Origin: the human T2T-CHM13v2.0 reference genome, Homo sapiens
NCBI RefSeq assembly: GCF_009914755.1
Contig: NC_060927.1
Length of the DNA stretch: 64,000 nt
Strand: one strand, 5' to 3'
The first letter of the stretch is position 1. Each line of letters opens with the position of its first letter. Shown here in pieces: positions 1-17,291 of this stretch. A program made the translations under genes and the position numbers. Under the pieces are notes generated by a model. That model saw only the letters and a program-made list of their open reading frames with translations, did not search any database and was not told where the DNA came from.

Positions 1-1719
1 CTATCTGCAAACCAGATGGGTTAACAACCTCTCTGGTCATCAGTTTCTTTAGGTGAACAAGGAAATAATAATAGGTCCGACCTTCCAGGGCTGTTGTGGG
101 TATGAAATTAGTCAACAAGTGTGCACAAAGGGCTTAGTACAATGACTGCAATAAAAGGGCTTAACATTTAAGATCCATGCCATAAACAGCTGTGTGTTTG
201 CTACATTCCAAGTGCTCAATACATATTAACTATAATAATAGTGTGTATTATTATGTCCTCACAAGCTTAAAGCAGTCTCGCTGAATCTTTAACCAAGGCC
301 ATGGCAGTTAGCCAGGGAACTGAAAAGTGACCTTTCATTCTTTTCTTTTCTCTTTCCTAGCCTGTCCCTTCTGGTCTATGAGTCTCCCACCTAGGAATCA
401 TTGCTTCCGTTTTCTATCTGTCCAGCTACACTCCTTCAAGCTGTTACTGATGAAGTTGAGAGCTGCGAGAGGCTGTTAGGGGAAGGGAGACTTCACCCTT
501 CTGCTTTGAATTCAGACAGGATTGGCCCACAAGACTCCCACTGGTTGATGATGAAAAGTAGGCTAAACTGCCTGGGATGAGGGCATTTGCACGGATATGA
601 AAGCGTTATTATTTGAGACCCAACGCAGCCAAGTGAGCTAACAAGGAGAGGACAAAACTGCCTTTCAGCCGCTTTTCAAGGAATGTTGACATCATGATTA
701 CTTCTACTAGAGTTCAAAGTCTAGTAAATAAAGTGAGTAAATAAAGAACATGGAAAGGCAAAAAGTGTTCACAGTGAAATTTTAAGAACACCTTATATTC
801 CCTCATTCTCTTATATTCTCTGCTGCCCTGATATTTTTCATTATGTATGCCAAATAACAGTAAAATGTTGGAGCTTCAAATCTTGACTAATAGTTTGCAC
901 CTTTGACAAATAAATCTGGTCATGTCTTTAGGTATGTTCTTATAGTAAAATGACTCCAGCTCAAGCATATGGGTCCCTGGAGACATTTCAGTTCTTTGAG
1001 CTTATCCACATGAAAGAAACCATGAAAAGGTAAAACTGCCTAGCACTTCCCCTTTGTCCATTTTCAAAGAAGCTTTTTAGTTTCCCAGGGCTTAAGATAA
1101 CCGATTTTAATGTTCACGTTCATTTCCAGTCAATAAGATGAATTAGAGCTCACTCTGGGAAATCTGGGTTTCTGAGACTTGATCACTGCAAACCAGCATC
1201 CCACCAGGTCATCACACCATCCAGGTTCTCATCGGCCCCAGAGGGAGATGGAGCATAGTCTCTCATGAAACCCCAAAGGATAGTGAAATGCCAAGCCTCC
1301 CTATTCTCTGTGACATGGTCATTCTCAGAACTGCTTTTGTTCCCCCTGTAGAGGAGGGAAGAGCCTTTGGAAGGAAAGATCCTGCTTCCGACTTTGTAAA
1401 ACCATATGCAACATGTTGGTCATGGCTGTCAAGGGAATGACCACCATAAAGACATTCACCCAGCTTTTCTGTGAAGTTCACAGGCATTTACTCCTGCAGA
1501 CTGCATGATACAGTCACATATTACACCACGTCTATAGAGAAGCACAATTATACACTTTCAAGGTGACAGTGAAAGGCAGAAAATCATCAAGGTCAGAACA
1601 GAATTTCTCACCCCCAGCCTGTTTGGGGACTGCCAGGTAAATAGGCTATCTGCAAAGCACAAAATGCTGATGACAGGCAGTCAACAACTCCAAGCCTCGC
1701 CGGTTCTAGAAGAGGATCA

Positions 1720-1839
<120 letters not shown>

Positions 1840-1899
1840 CTACATACAGTTAGATTAAATATCTCTTCATACATTTAGTTTAACAACAGATGACCTTAA

Positions 1900-2291
<392 letters not shown>

Positions 2292-2297
2292 CCTGAA

Positions 2298-3397
<1,100 letters not shown>

Positions 3398-3754
3398 GGG
3401 CATTTTTCAATAAACACTTCCCCAGTCCTTTTGTTGGATACAGAAGCAGATTAATGAAAAAGGAAGGAGCTAGCGATTGAGAGGGAAGAAAGTGGCGTTC
3501 AGTGGCTACATGGGCAGGGAGGGTGAAAGGACTTGAGATCCTCATCCTCAAAGTACTAGTGCAGAGAGGCTCGCTTGACTCTGGGGATGGACAACAAATA
3601 CAGCTGCCACAAGGGAAGGCCCTTACACTTCAATGTCATGGTCATGACACGATCTCATGTGATTCTCCTATCAACCATGTATCAAGGCCTCATAGGTGTC
3701 CCTGTGGGGGACATCTGCTGTGTGTCACTGCTTAACATCTGCTCCCTTTCTGGT

Positions 3755-4585
<831 letters not shown>

Positions 4586-4887
4586 AGATGAGGTACATTT
4601 CCATTTTATTAATGAGTAAATAATGCAGAAAGACTGAATGACATGACATAAGGATTTATTACTAACTGGGACTCCAGCCTGGGCAAACTAACTTACTGTC
4701 CATCTTCATCACTACATCAAGCTATTAAAGAAGGAGGACACTTACCCCCAGACCCTGGGCCATGATTGGTATCACACACTTTCTATGTTGTCCATGTGAG
4801 ACACACATCTCAGGTGATATGATCTTTTATGAGGTTCACAAACATTTTCCTCCCACCTTGACCTTAAATTACAAGTTAGACACTTAC

Positions 4888-4982
4888 CAAAGTGGTCGCC
4901 TCTCTCCTCTCATTAAATGATAACTACATCTCAAAGGCAGGCTAGTCACAGGAGGGATATTATTGTATACACTCCAAAATAT
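4888..4982 (-). CDS. EIF4E3: EIF4E3 coding exon 3 (95 nt; [31 protein letters not shown] + TG of W115)
   Basis: Polypyrimidine tract, then aag|ATA TTT TGG ... CTT TG|gtaagt. Contains the eIF4E FWxxY motif. Confidence 0.97.
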
Positions 4983-5164
4983 CTTTAAAAGAAAAACAAA
5001 CACTTTGTTTAATATACCCAGTATTGATTTATTATGCTGCTAGATTATCAAATTAATGCATTAAAGAAAAATTTTGATTCTCATTGTTTTATCCATTCAA
5101 AATAGATTTTTCTCAGTATCCCTTCTAATTCTCTGTTAGAAAATGTAATATAACATTAAAGAAT

Positions 5165-5487
5165 GCTGGGCTTGGTGGCTCATGCCTGTAAATCCCAGCA
5201 CTTTGGGAGGCCAAGGCAAGCGGATCACTTGAGCCCAGGAGTTCGAGACCAACCTGGGCAATGTGGCAAGATCCCATCTCTACAAAAAATACAAAAAATT
5301 AGCTGGGCATGGTGACACATGCCTGTAGTCCCAACTACCTAGGAGGTTGAGGTGGGAGAATAGCTTGAGCCTGGGAAGTCGAGGCTGCAAGTGAGCCAAG
5401 ATCGCACCACTGTATTCCAACTTGGGCAACAGGAGTGAGACCCTGCCTCAAAAAAACAAAAACAAAAACACAACAACAAGAAGAAAA
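5165..5487 (+). mobile_element. AluJ-like SINE
   Basis: Alu dimer consensus. Confidence 0.9.
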
Positions 5488-5699
5488 GATGTTCCTTGCT
5501 GATGCTGTGCCAAGCTCTATGTTTCAGGAAGCTATGGTTATTAAGCAAACATTCCTATGCAACATGTCTACACATAAAACTGGAAAGGACTTTGCTAATG
5601 ATTTTTCTGGCAGCTAGGTAGTATCCACTAAAGCCTTTAGTACTGAATATATGTACTGAACATATTTATAACTATTTTGTTACAATAGACCCTGTCTTC

Positions 5700-6000
<301 letters not shown>

Positions 6001-6091
6001 TTAGACACTCTGTTTGCCCCTTATCTCTCCCCTGCTAAAGGAAGAGGGAACAGCTCAGGTGCTGAAACAACAAGCTGCGCAAGATACACAG

Positions 6092-6446
6092 TGTTACGGA
6101 CTGCACATCTGTGTCTTCCCCAGATTCATATGCTGAAACCCTAACTACCAATAGGATGGTGTTAGCAGGTGGGGCCCCTGGGAGGTAATCAGGTCATGAG
6201 GGTATAGTCACCATGACAGGCTTGGTGTCCTTATGAGAAGATGAAGAGAGCCAGCCCTCCCTCTGGCGTGTGAAGATACAAGGAGAGGATGGCCATGTAC
6301 AAACGAGGAAGAGGGCCCTCACCTGGATGTGCCCATGCTCGCACCCTCATCTCAGACTTCCAGGCTCCAGAACTGTGAGAAACAAGGGTTTGTTGCATAA
6401 ACTGCCCAGTCTATGGTATTTGGTTATAGTAGCCTGAACTAAGACA
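6092..6446 (+). mobile_element. MLT1A-type MaLR solo LTR
   Basis: TG...CA termini and the typical ccagaactgtgagaaa...ctatggtattt...ctaagaca end. Confidence 0.85.
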
Positions 6447-9400
6447 CAGGGCAACTGGTAAACAGAAATAGATTATACAAAAATAATAAAGTAATAGTAA
6501 AACAGGAAGTCTTGGCAAAGACAAGTGATCTGGAGCTGTTCTCTGAGCCAGGCTTTGTTCTATGAACATTTACATGTTTATGCAATTTATCCTAATGACA
6601 GTCTTAGGAGGAGGTATGATTATTATCCTTGTTTTAAAGATAAGGACACCAGGCAGAGACGAACCTGCCCAAGAGTCAGTTTGGTATGACCATTAGGATT
6701 AGGATGAGGATTGAGGCTATGAAGAAGAAAACACTTCCCCATTTGTTTGGAGTAGGTCATAGAATTACTACGCTATGAATGCTATGCACAGAATTACTGT
6801 GCAAATAAGAAATATTGTTCTGTGTGGTGAGGTAAGCATAGGGTGATCATCTGGGTCTCCCAGTAGGTCTGAGGAAAGCAGCACGAGTAAAATAGCAATT
6901 AGAAAAATCAATCCTAGGGCTCATGAACTGAGTCACATGGGTGGAATAGAATTTTAGCTATGTTGAATGATAATCCTGCTGGGTTGTTCAAGCCTGTTTT
7001 GTGTTAAAAAAATAATAAAGCTGAATTAACTGCAAAGGTGGCAATGATGAACTATAAGATCAAATTGAAGGCAAAAAACTACAGGATGACAGATGTATTA
7101 ATTGAGAATCCACTTTGGCTCCCTTCTACTAAAATGGTGCTAGTGTAGTGAGGAGTTAAAAGCTACTGTAATAACAGTAGCTCCTCAAACACCCATCTGC
7201 CTCTATGGAGGTACCTATCCTGTAAATGCTTTGCTATTTGTACAAATAAGATTATTCCAATATTTCAGTTTCTGTGGTGTGAGGGTGGGTAGGCAGGGCT
7301 GGAATCTGAATCCAGGCAATTTGATTCCCAAACCTCTGTTCCTAACCACTCAGCTATTTTCTTCGAAGATACTACTATATGTTTTTGACACATCTTTCTC
7401 CAATCTTAGCAGCCAAGAATCAGGTCATGAAGCCACAGAAAGAGGGACACATGTTGAAGATATTTTCCCACCAGTAAAATGCCCATAATTCACAAGAGGC
7501 TGGTGGTTGTCAACTCCAGCCTGAGAACCTGGTTACGATGTGGCAATGACCTCTGTAGAATTTATGCACAAAATAACATTAAGAGGAAAACCCCTGCCTA
7601 AGGTAAAACTAAGAGGACTTTGGTGCTGGCAAACTTCAAGTCTCCTCAAAGGCATCACAAACCAAAGTTCCTGCCGTCATACCCCGGTCAAAGTTGTCAA
7701 ATCTTGACTTTTTAACCTAGTACTTGAAGCACACTGAAAAAATACAACAAAACACTTCTTCCATTTCAAAGATCAGAAAAACACTAAAGATCATGCTAAG
7801 GATTGGAGCTTTAGAAGCTTCTCTTGAAAACAAAAACAGACAACTGATTCTGCTTGGCTTGGCAAATTTGACAGGAAGAGATTACAGCCCAAGAAGATCA
7901 GTGATAGACTTAACATATTCATTAAAGCACATATTTGTACGTTTTTGCTGAGCATAAAATAGGAGCAAAATATCCGGTCACACCATTAAAAAAAAAAAAA
8001 AAAAGCCCTATTTGAAAAGCATGTGTCATTAAACTGGTCTGTTTCCCTGTTGCAAACCTCATCCAATAGGTAGAATATTTGTGAAGTATGTGTGCTGGTG
8101 AAATACCTACAGGAAGGAATCTAGCATTACTCAGCTCCTGAAAACCTCTTCCGCCCTTGCAGAAGTGAAAGGTCTGCTACAGCGGAAGCCTGGTAATTCA
8201 AGATTATACTCTCTGTAACACATCTTGAAAATGGAAACACTTAAATTTTACTATATATAAAATCTTGCAAATAGATTTCAGAAGCCTTTAGGCTTATAAT
8301 TAATTCTGTTAGACTTGCAAATCCAAGATTGCAGTAAAAGTAAAACTAAGCACAATGTTTATTAATGATGGTTAAATGCTTTTTTTTCCCAAAAGCCTTG
8401 ATAATCACCCTAAGACTAGGAGAGGTATAAAAGTTGAACATCATTCATTCAGTCAACATCTGTGACCATCAGTTGTGAACAGAGCACTGTGACGGGTCCT
8501 TGGGGAACTTAGCTGAATGCAGGAGGGTCAGCCTTTGACCACAGCAATCCACTCCTTGGGAGGTATGTTCTGGAACACCAATCTGGCACCTCTCCTGGAG
8601 AAACTGAGGCAGGGAAGACACCTGTCCAGTGGAGTCTAATACCTGGATTTAAGACCTAGGTTCTCAGCATAACCTTCACAGGTCATGTAGCCCGTGAAAC
8701 CCACGTTGCCTCCTCTGTATAAGGATACAGCTATTTCACTGGAAAATGTAATGATGAAATGCAAAGTGAAAGCACTTGCTAGGCCTAAGGAAGGAAACAA
8801 AGTATGGTTAGACCCATTAATATGCTGACCACTTGATAAATCCCCAATCTGATAGCACTGATTGGAGCAACTATGCCTCACCTTACAGCCTTCTGCCAAA
8901 TAGATAATCATTCATTACCAAGAAAACTGGCAAATTTCCTCCTCAATTTCCTACTGAAATGTTCTGAAGAAAAAGAATGCACTTGGAAATTCTTCAGAAG
9001 AAAAGATGTCATGTGTTGACAGACAACAAAGTGATATGTCTGTTTTGTAAAACAAACCAGAAACAAAACCACCCAGCAAACACACATCAAAAAAAAAAAA
9101 AAAAAAATTCCAGGATTTATTCCAAGGTTGTGGCATGTGTAGCAAGAGAGTATTTCCAAAAAAACAAAACAAATATTTTTGCTCATTAGGTATTACTAGT
9201 TGCCTGGGGCTTCCCACCAACTGAATCAGTGGTATTTATGGGCAGGGCCAATAGGCATCTGAACCGAATAGGCAACTGAAGAGTTTAATGGATGTTTTTA
9301 ACTCACAGCAGACACAAAAGCTGAAAGCAAAGTGCTTCTGATTTACAAGAGCTAGGTACTTGAGAGAGAAATGGGTTTTCCTTTGAATTCCAAAAAGGGC

Positions 9401-11067
9401 TTGGCTTAAAGAGAGAGCCCAAGTGTGGAGTTGTGATCATAGAGTAAACGAGATGTGACAGGATGTGAGGGTAATTTCCCACCACATAGAAAGTTAGTAA
9501 AAACCAACTCTGAGTTGGGGAGTTAAAAGCTTGGAGAGAGAGGACAGTGGGGTTAAAACCCTGAAAGGATGGGAGAGAGCCCCACCCAAAGATTGGGGAT
9601 GCCTAGACCAGAGGAGTGTGGAACCTGCTTCCTGGTACAGCCCAAGAGGCTCCAAGACTCCCAGAAAAGGCCCTCATTCCTACAGCGCTGAGCAACATGG
9701 CGGTCAGGTCTGAGAACAGCTGTGAAGGCAGGAGGGGTTATTCTGGCCGGGAGGGCCTGCCACAACCTTATAGAGTTCCCCTCATTCTGGTGGGGTCGGG
9801 GGAAGGCAGCCAACATTTCCTAAATCTCCAATCTGGAGCTTGAAATTGCTAGAAAGCCTAAGGACAACAGGGCCTGGGGTCTGGATGTGTGTGTACATAG
9901 CAGGGGTCTTCATAACATGAGGTTACAGCAGGGCCAAAGGTGGTGGGCATGGCCCAAGGTCAGGAGGGGTCAGGGGTATTTCTGCATATGCCTGTTCATA
10001 TGGAGAAGGAGAAGAGGGTGGTCATTTTTCCCAAAAGAGATTTAAATTAGAAGAGACCCAGTTTCACAGTTGAAGTGACTAAATTACTTTTAATTAACAA
10101 GGTCAAATCTCACCCCACCCAATACACAGACACAACAGCCTCCACTGAGAATGTGGAGGAATACAAGCAATTTAACTTCAGTTATATTTCTTCATAACTG
10201 GATTGTAGCTATAGATGTTGATCCTATTATGCATATAATGAATAAACTAAATGATGGATAAAGAATCTTGTTATACTGGATGCAAAGTCTGTGCTAGACA
10301 GAACTATGAAGTGGACCTGGCTGCAGGTCCTTCTCTTTCTCTTTTCAGTGTTGGCTTTCCTCCTCTCTCCCCTCAGGCCCCTCCCTTCAGCCAAGTGGTT
10401 CACTCCAGGTCATTCTATTGCAGGACACCACACACCATGGGCTGTCTTGCTGTGTCCAGGGCAGCAAGTACTTGGAATCAATCTTTCCACCATCCTCCAT
10501 GATCAATACTGACCTAGAAAACCTCTTCTTCTGAAGGAAGAGCCCTCATTTCCCAAGGGTTTGGAAAGCAATCTGCTGCCCTAACTTAACTGCACAACTC
10601 CAGTCAGGCGGCTTGACCTGCGGATATGAAGTCTTGATATTATCGACAGCACACAGGATAGGTTTGGCATATGCAGGGGAAACATTTTCTTAATTTCAAT
10701 AGGTTATATATACTCTTTAGGAAGACTTTCTGCTTATGATAAACGATGCTGAATTTCCACTTATAGAGGAAATATGGTTTCTGTTTTATGCAAATTTAAA
10801 TAAGAAGTCAAGTTATAAGAAATACTGGGTAGAATGTACCACAAGTGAGATAGGTGTGGCAAAATCTTTAAGGCGATACACCAAATAACTGATGTTCGAG
10901 ACAGAGTGCTGTACAGGAATGAGTTTTCAGGGGTGGAATTTTTAGTCTTGTAGCAGATAAGGCTGAAAGAAACTGGAGAAGGGAGACTTCTCTTGCAAAT
11001 CACAAATGGCAGGTAGCTCTTCATTCTCCAACAGGTAAAACAGGGCTTGTTCAAAAGCCGTGTTCTA

Positions 11068-11199
11068 TTTTTTTTTCTCCCAGAGATGTGGGTCTTGCCA
11101 TGTTTCCCAGGCTGAACTCGAACTCTTGGGCTCACGCAATCCTCCCACCTCAGCTTCCTGAGTAGCTGAGATCACAGGCATGAGCCAATGCACCCGGCT
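11068..11199 (-). mobile_element. Alu monomer (FLAM-like)
   Basis: Single arm with an imperfect TSD aaaagcc..ttctatt on both sides. Confidence 0.8.
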
Positions 11200-11810
11200 A
11201 AAAGCCATTTTCTATTCTGCACTGCAACCACTGAGGATGCAAAATCACAAGAGAAATGTGGAAAATTTGGACAGGTTCACAAAGGAGTAAGAGAATCAAT
11301 AAGCATCTGGAAAATACGCCTAGATGTAAAATGGAATTTTCCAAGAAAGTTAGGAAAGTAGAAATGAATTTAACTCCAGGCAGAGAGAATTATTGTTAGG
11401 TGTGATGAAAGTGTCCTCAGCAGGGGTTCCCAGGTCCTTTGGAGGCTGAGTCTCCTCCACTCCTCAATCACGGGGAATAAAAGAAAGAGAATTGGACTGG
11501 GAGGGAATTCTAGTCCTAGAGGCAAGGCATGACTGGCTCTTTCCAATCATGGAATGTTTGGGCCTCTTACCTCCAGCCTCAGTCTCCTCAACTAATAGAC
11601 GGGGTAACGATTCCTCTCCCAAACCATCTACTTTGATTTGCTAAAGGGCCTCAAAGTATAAAAAGACTCATATGTCTTTAATAAGACAATCATTAATATC
11701 ACATGATTTTTACCTTTCATCTAAACACATATGGGAGGAAAACACAGACATAATTGGAGAAGCAGTTTTTTTTAGTGCTAATGGAGTGAGAGTAAAAGGA
11801 TCAACGTACA

Positions 11811-12121
<311 letters not shown>

Positions 12122-12439
12122 CTAGAATAAAATAAGAAGACAGTGGGACAAAAGCATATCCTCAAATTACTTACAAGATAGTATCCTGGCCAGTTCTTAA
12201 ATACTAAGGACAATTTATCAGCTGTTATGGACACTCGCAGGCTGAAAACTCAAAAGTTATTGATAAGTTAAATATCTTTACATACACCTCTGTGTTAGTG
12301 GTGGTGCGATCCAGAGTATAATCACTTGAAATAAATAATCTAGAAGCAGTGGTATATAGTTTCCTGATATAAAACATGACTGAAGAAAGCACAAAAAGAT
12401 ATCTCAGTAGAAGTAGACAAATTATGGCAGATGATTGGG

Positions 12440-12820
12440 TACTTACTATGGCTTTTTACCTCATTGTATCATTTAAGTCTCATAACAGCATGATAAAATT
12501 ACCATCACAATTATTTCCATCTTACAGATGAGTAAACTGAGATTCAGACAGGTTATATAACTTGTCCAAGCTAGTAAGTGTCACATATGGGACATCAACC
12601 AAGGCATTGTGACAACCCTAGCCCACACCCTAGCCAGGTAACTGATGGAGCTGAGGGGTAGAATCCAGTAACACTTAAGTAAAAGCTGGCCACATCTGAG
12701 GGCTAAGTGCCAAGCATTACTAAGAACTATATACCATCTCATCTAACTTTCACTCTACCTTAGCGAGTAGGCACTATTACTACCTCAGTTTTACAGATGA
12801 GAAACTGAGGGAGCAGAGAC
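12440..12820 (-). mobile_element. MIR fragments
   Basis: ttacagatgag(t/-)aaactgag MIR core occurs twice. Confidence 0.7.
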
Positions 12821-13144
12821 AGCTGAGACAGAAAGGAATTTCCTGATCCTTAGGGCAGTGTTTATCAGCCATTTTTTTCACTGTTCCCCCCTTAGGCCCT
12901 AAAAGAACCCTTTTTCCTAATCACCTATGACGAAATTTTAATACCACAGAGACACCGTATGTTTATGGACTGCATGGACATCTATGCTTTGTACGTAAAA
13001 AGAATGAGATTTGTTCACTGATCTACTTCCCCTGCAAGAATCAACTTTGGCCCCCACTGAGAATGTGCAGCCCACAGAATTCTTACGGGAGCAGTCTGTT
13101 GTGACTCAGGAAAGTGGTTCATTTATTAACTTCTAATTCATTCT

Positions 13145-13477
<333 letters not shown>

Positions 13478-13539
13478 TGAGTGCAAAGGACCAGACACAA
13501 TAATATAGTACTGTATTATTCCATCAATATAAAATTCAA

Positions 13540-13750
13540 TAACAGAATGAATGTAATGTGGTAGAAATGAGAATAGTGGTTGCTTTGGGGGATGGAGGCT
13601 GGCAGGGGCACGAAGACACTTTCTGGTGTAAGGGAAACTTTTTTCTTCTTGATCTGCGTGATGGTTGTATGTGCGTACCCTTGTCAAAAGTTATACTTAA
13701 GAAATCTATATTTACTGTATACAAATTATATCCCAATAAAGTAGTTTTAA
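13540..13750 (+). mobile_element. L1ME-type 3' end
   Basis: gaatagtggttgc...tttactgtatacaaattatatcccaataaa. Confidence 0.7.
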
Positions 13751-14657
13751 AGGAAGTATTTCCTAGTATGTGCCTGCCTGGGTGCTTTAAATTGCTCCCT
13801 GAAGACCCTAAAATGCTGTGGATTCAGGGGCTCTACCAAATACCCTGGGTTATCTCGTGGGGTCAGGAAAACCAAGCCAATCCCCTCATCTGACTAGTGT
13901 CAGCCCCAGAACCCCTTGCATAACCCTGATGATCTAATGTCATGTGGGTTGGGAAAAGTCTAATGAGACTCTGAGAGCCTTTACATGAGGACAGGCCTTC
14001 AAATCAAGTGCTCTGAGGATTAAAAAATGGCCGCTGGGAAATGGTAACAGAAGTCCCTAAATCCACAGAAGAGACGTGCAGGGAGGCCTCCCAGACTCTT
14101 AGCGCGTTGATTTCTCTGGACAGTGGTGCTGCCTTGCGGTGCTGTCTGTACTTGGCACTGCACAGCAGCACTGCTGCTCTGCTTCCCACAAGCTTATGTC
14201 ATTTCCCCAACGACACCAGAAATGGCCCACAGTCAGGACTGTGTCTTCACACCCAGCTCACTGCCCTTGGTAGCCACACGCAGCACCTTACAATCAGTTT
14301 CCTGGGACTTCATAATTATGCATGCCACATTTTTTGAACCAGATACTGGGACCATAGCCTAAAAAAAAAATGGATCTCTGTGCTACTTCTGCATGTAAGA
14401 GGCTGCCTAAGAGACACAATCTAGATGCAGATCTATTGGAATTTCTAAGACATTAAAAGATTTAGGGATACAACAGGAAAGCTATTTAAAATCTCTCCCT
14501 TCTAGAAAATTTATGGACATATGGTCAATGCAACTCTGAAGCAGCCACAATAGCCTTATTCTCTACCTGCACCAGCCCGCTAAACTAGAAGACAGGAGAA
14601 ACTGGGTAGAACCTGCTATTGAAGAAAATAGAAATGGGATCAATTAAATCAATCAGG

Positions 14658-14953
14658 TTTTTTCTTTTTTGAGACAAGGTCTTGCTCTGTTGCCCAGGCT
14701 GGAGTGCAGTAGTGTGAACACAGCTCACTGCAGTGTTGAAATCCTGGGCTCAAGTGATCATTGTACCTCAGCCTCCCAAGTAGCTGGGACCACAGATGTG
14801 TGCCACCATGCCCAGTTAATTTTTAAGGAAACTGTTTGTAGAGATGGGGGTCTATGTTGCCCAGGCTGCTCTGGAACTCCTAGGCTCAAGCAATCCTCCC
14901 ACCTTAGCCTCCCAAACTCCTGGGATTTCAGGTGTGAGCCACTATGCCTAGCC
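14658..14953 (-). mobile_element. AluJ-like SINE
   Basis: Alu dimer consensus. Confidence 0.9.
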
Positions 14954-15633
14954 AGTTGTGTTTTTTCAGTTGTGTTTTTCCAACTCCACCACCAGAGTTA
15001 GATAGAGAAAGAACTAATAGAACTAAGAGCCTGCATTCATTGAGAATCTGCTATGTATTAGGTATTCCACTAAGCATGGCATAAACATAATCTTATTCAA
15101 TCTTCACAGTAACCCATGGAGGTAGGTGCTACCATTAGACCAGTTTTACAGAGATGAAAGGGGTTGATCCATGCCTAATTTAGGATGATGGAATTGCGAA
15201 GTGAAGTAGGAAACCAAGCAGAGACTCTCCACCTTCACGCTCCACACTATCCTGCTCTCCCCACGTGACCTCTAAACCTTTAGTAACCCTGCAGGGAAGG
15301 CGCCACTGCCTCTCACTGATGGGGAACAGAGGCACAGAGAGGCACTGGCAGAGCTGGAGTTTGAACAGGAACACAGATAAAGATCTTGAAAAACCTTCGC
15401 TCTTAACCACACTGCAGTCTGCCTTTTGTGCGGGTCTATGAAAGGTTTAGGTAGTAGATAAAGGTTCAGCAGGTGGCCAAGAGAAGAGCAGGCCACCTGA
15501 CTGTGTGCTCAGCTGGCCCTGGAGCAGACTTGGTCAAGGGCAGCTGTGCCAACCTGGACCCGAGAGCCAACTCCAGAGCAGAACCCTGGACAGGGGCTGC
15601 CAGCACAGCAACAGATTTCAAGTTGGGTGATTA

Positions 15634-15801
<168 letters not shown>

Positions 15802-16382
15802 TCAGTGCTCACAAAACAGCCCACAGTAGAATCTTTCAGGTCTTCCTAAAAATCAGGTCTCAAACCACAGGACTGGACATTTTGGGGATGCTAGTTGGAA
15901 TTTAAAATGTGAAATCCCTACTTTGTGAAGTCATGTGTTGGCTTCTTCTAAAAATCAGCAGATTTATTCTTGGAAACTTAACAGAAAAAAAAAGATAAGT
16001 ATGTATTAATAAGAAAGGGAATGGACACCTGAAAATCACATTTTAAAACATACCAAAATAACCTACTGATAACCAAGCATTTTCTCCAGGACTTTAGATG
16101 AGAAACTGCCTATTGTACAGACGACAACGAAAATGCAGTGTCCTGGCCTGGTGATATGTTTGAAAACTTGTTAGTAACTGGGTGGCAAATATTCAAGCAC
16201 TCTTGAGAAACAGAGTGACCATTTGCCTACTTTAAAAAAAGTCAACTCTGGTTTCATATGAATTTGCTGTTACCAAAACACTTGCTTTTAGAAAATACTT
16301 TCAGTTCTTTTCTCTGGCTGATTTAATTAGCTCAGCTGAACTTTATGGTCAGACTGCATTAATCTTTAGTTTGCTATGTGTT

Positions 16383-16396
16383 CCACTAGATGGCAA
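16383..16396 (+). promoter_or_regulatory. CTCF core motif CCACTAGATGGCA
   Basis: Matches the CTCF consensus CCASYAGRKGGCR. Confidence 0.55.
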
Positions 16397-16967
16397 CATA
16401 CTACAGGTTTAGTCACCAGAAACACTGCAATTTAACTGGTTTTACCAAGGACCATTGCCTGGGATGGTAAAATGACCTGTCCCATCAAACCTTAGGAGTT
16501 CAAGACTCTCAATTCCTGCCACCTTTTCTTTCTCTCTATATTGAATTAGCAGTTCATGCTCAAAAATGTTGGGGTACAATTATATCAGCCTAAGATTATG
16601 TTTCATCACACAAATAATGCATGAAAGCCCACATCTGGTTGTTAGTGAGAAATAAGAAGCTTGCTGAGAGGAGAAAGCACCTCAATCACAGCTGACCCAC
16701 TAGGATCTGGAATCTATAAAAGCAATGCTCTTTACCAGAAACTGATCCCAGAGACGTTGCCCCCAAGGACTCTCAGTATGTTGTACTTCCTGGACAGTTG
16801 CTAAAACACTGCACACTAGAGACAAAACTCACATGAGCTCAGAGGTGGAGGCAATGCCAAAGGCCCATGCCCAGGCTGGGGTAAGCACAGCAAGGACTAC
16901 AGTCCTTGAACTATGAACCAGTGAATGCTCCCTAAGAGTTGAACCTGAATATCAAAAATGCATTTCT

Positions 16968-17291
<324 letters not shown>

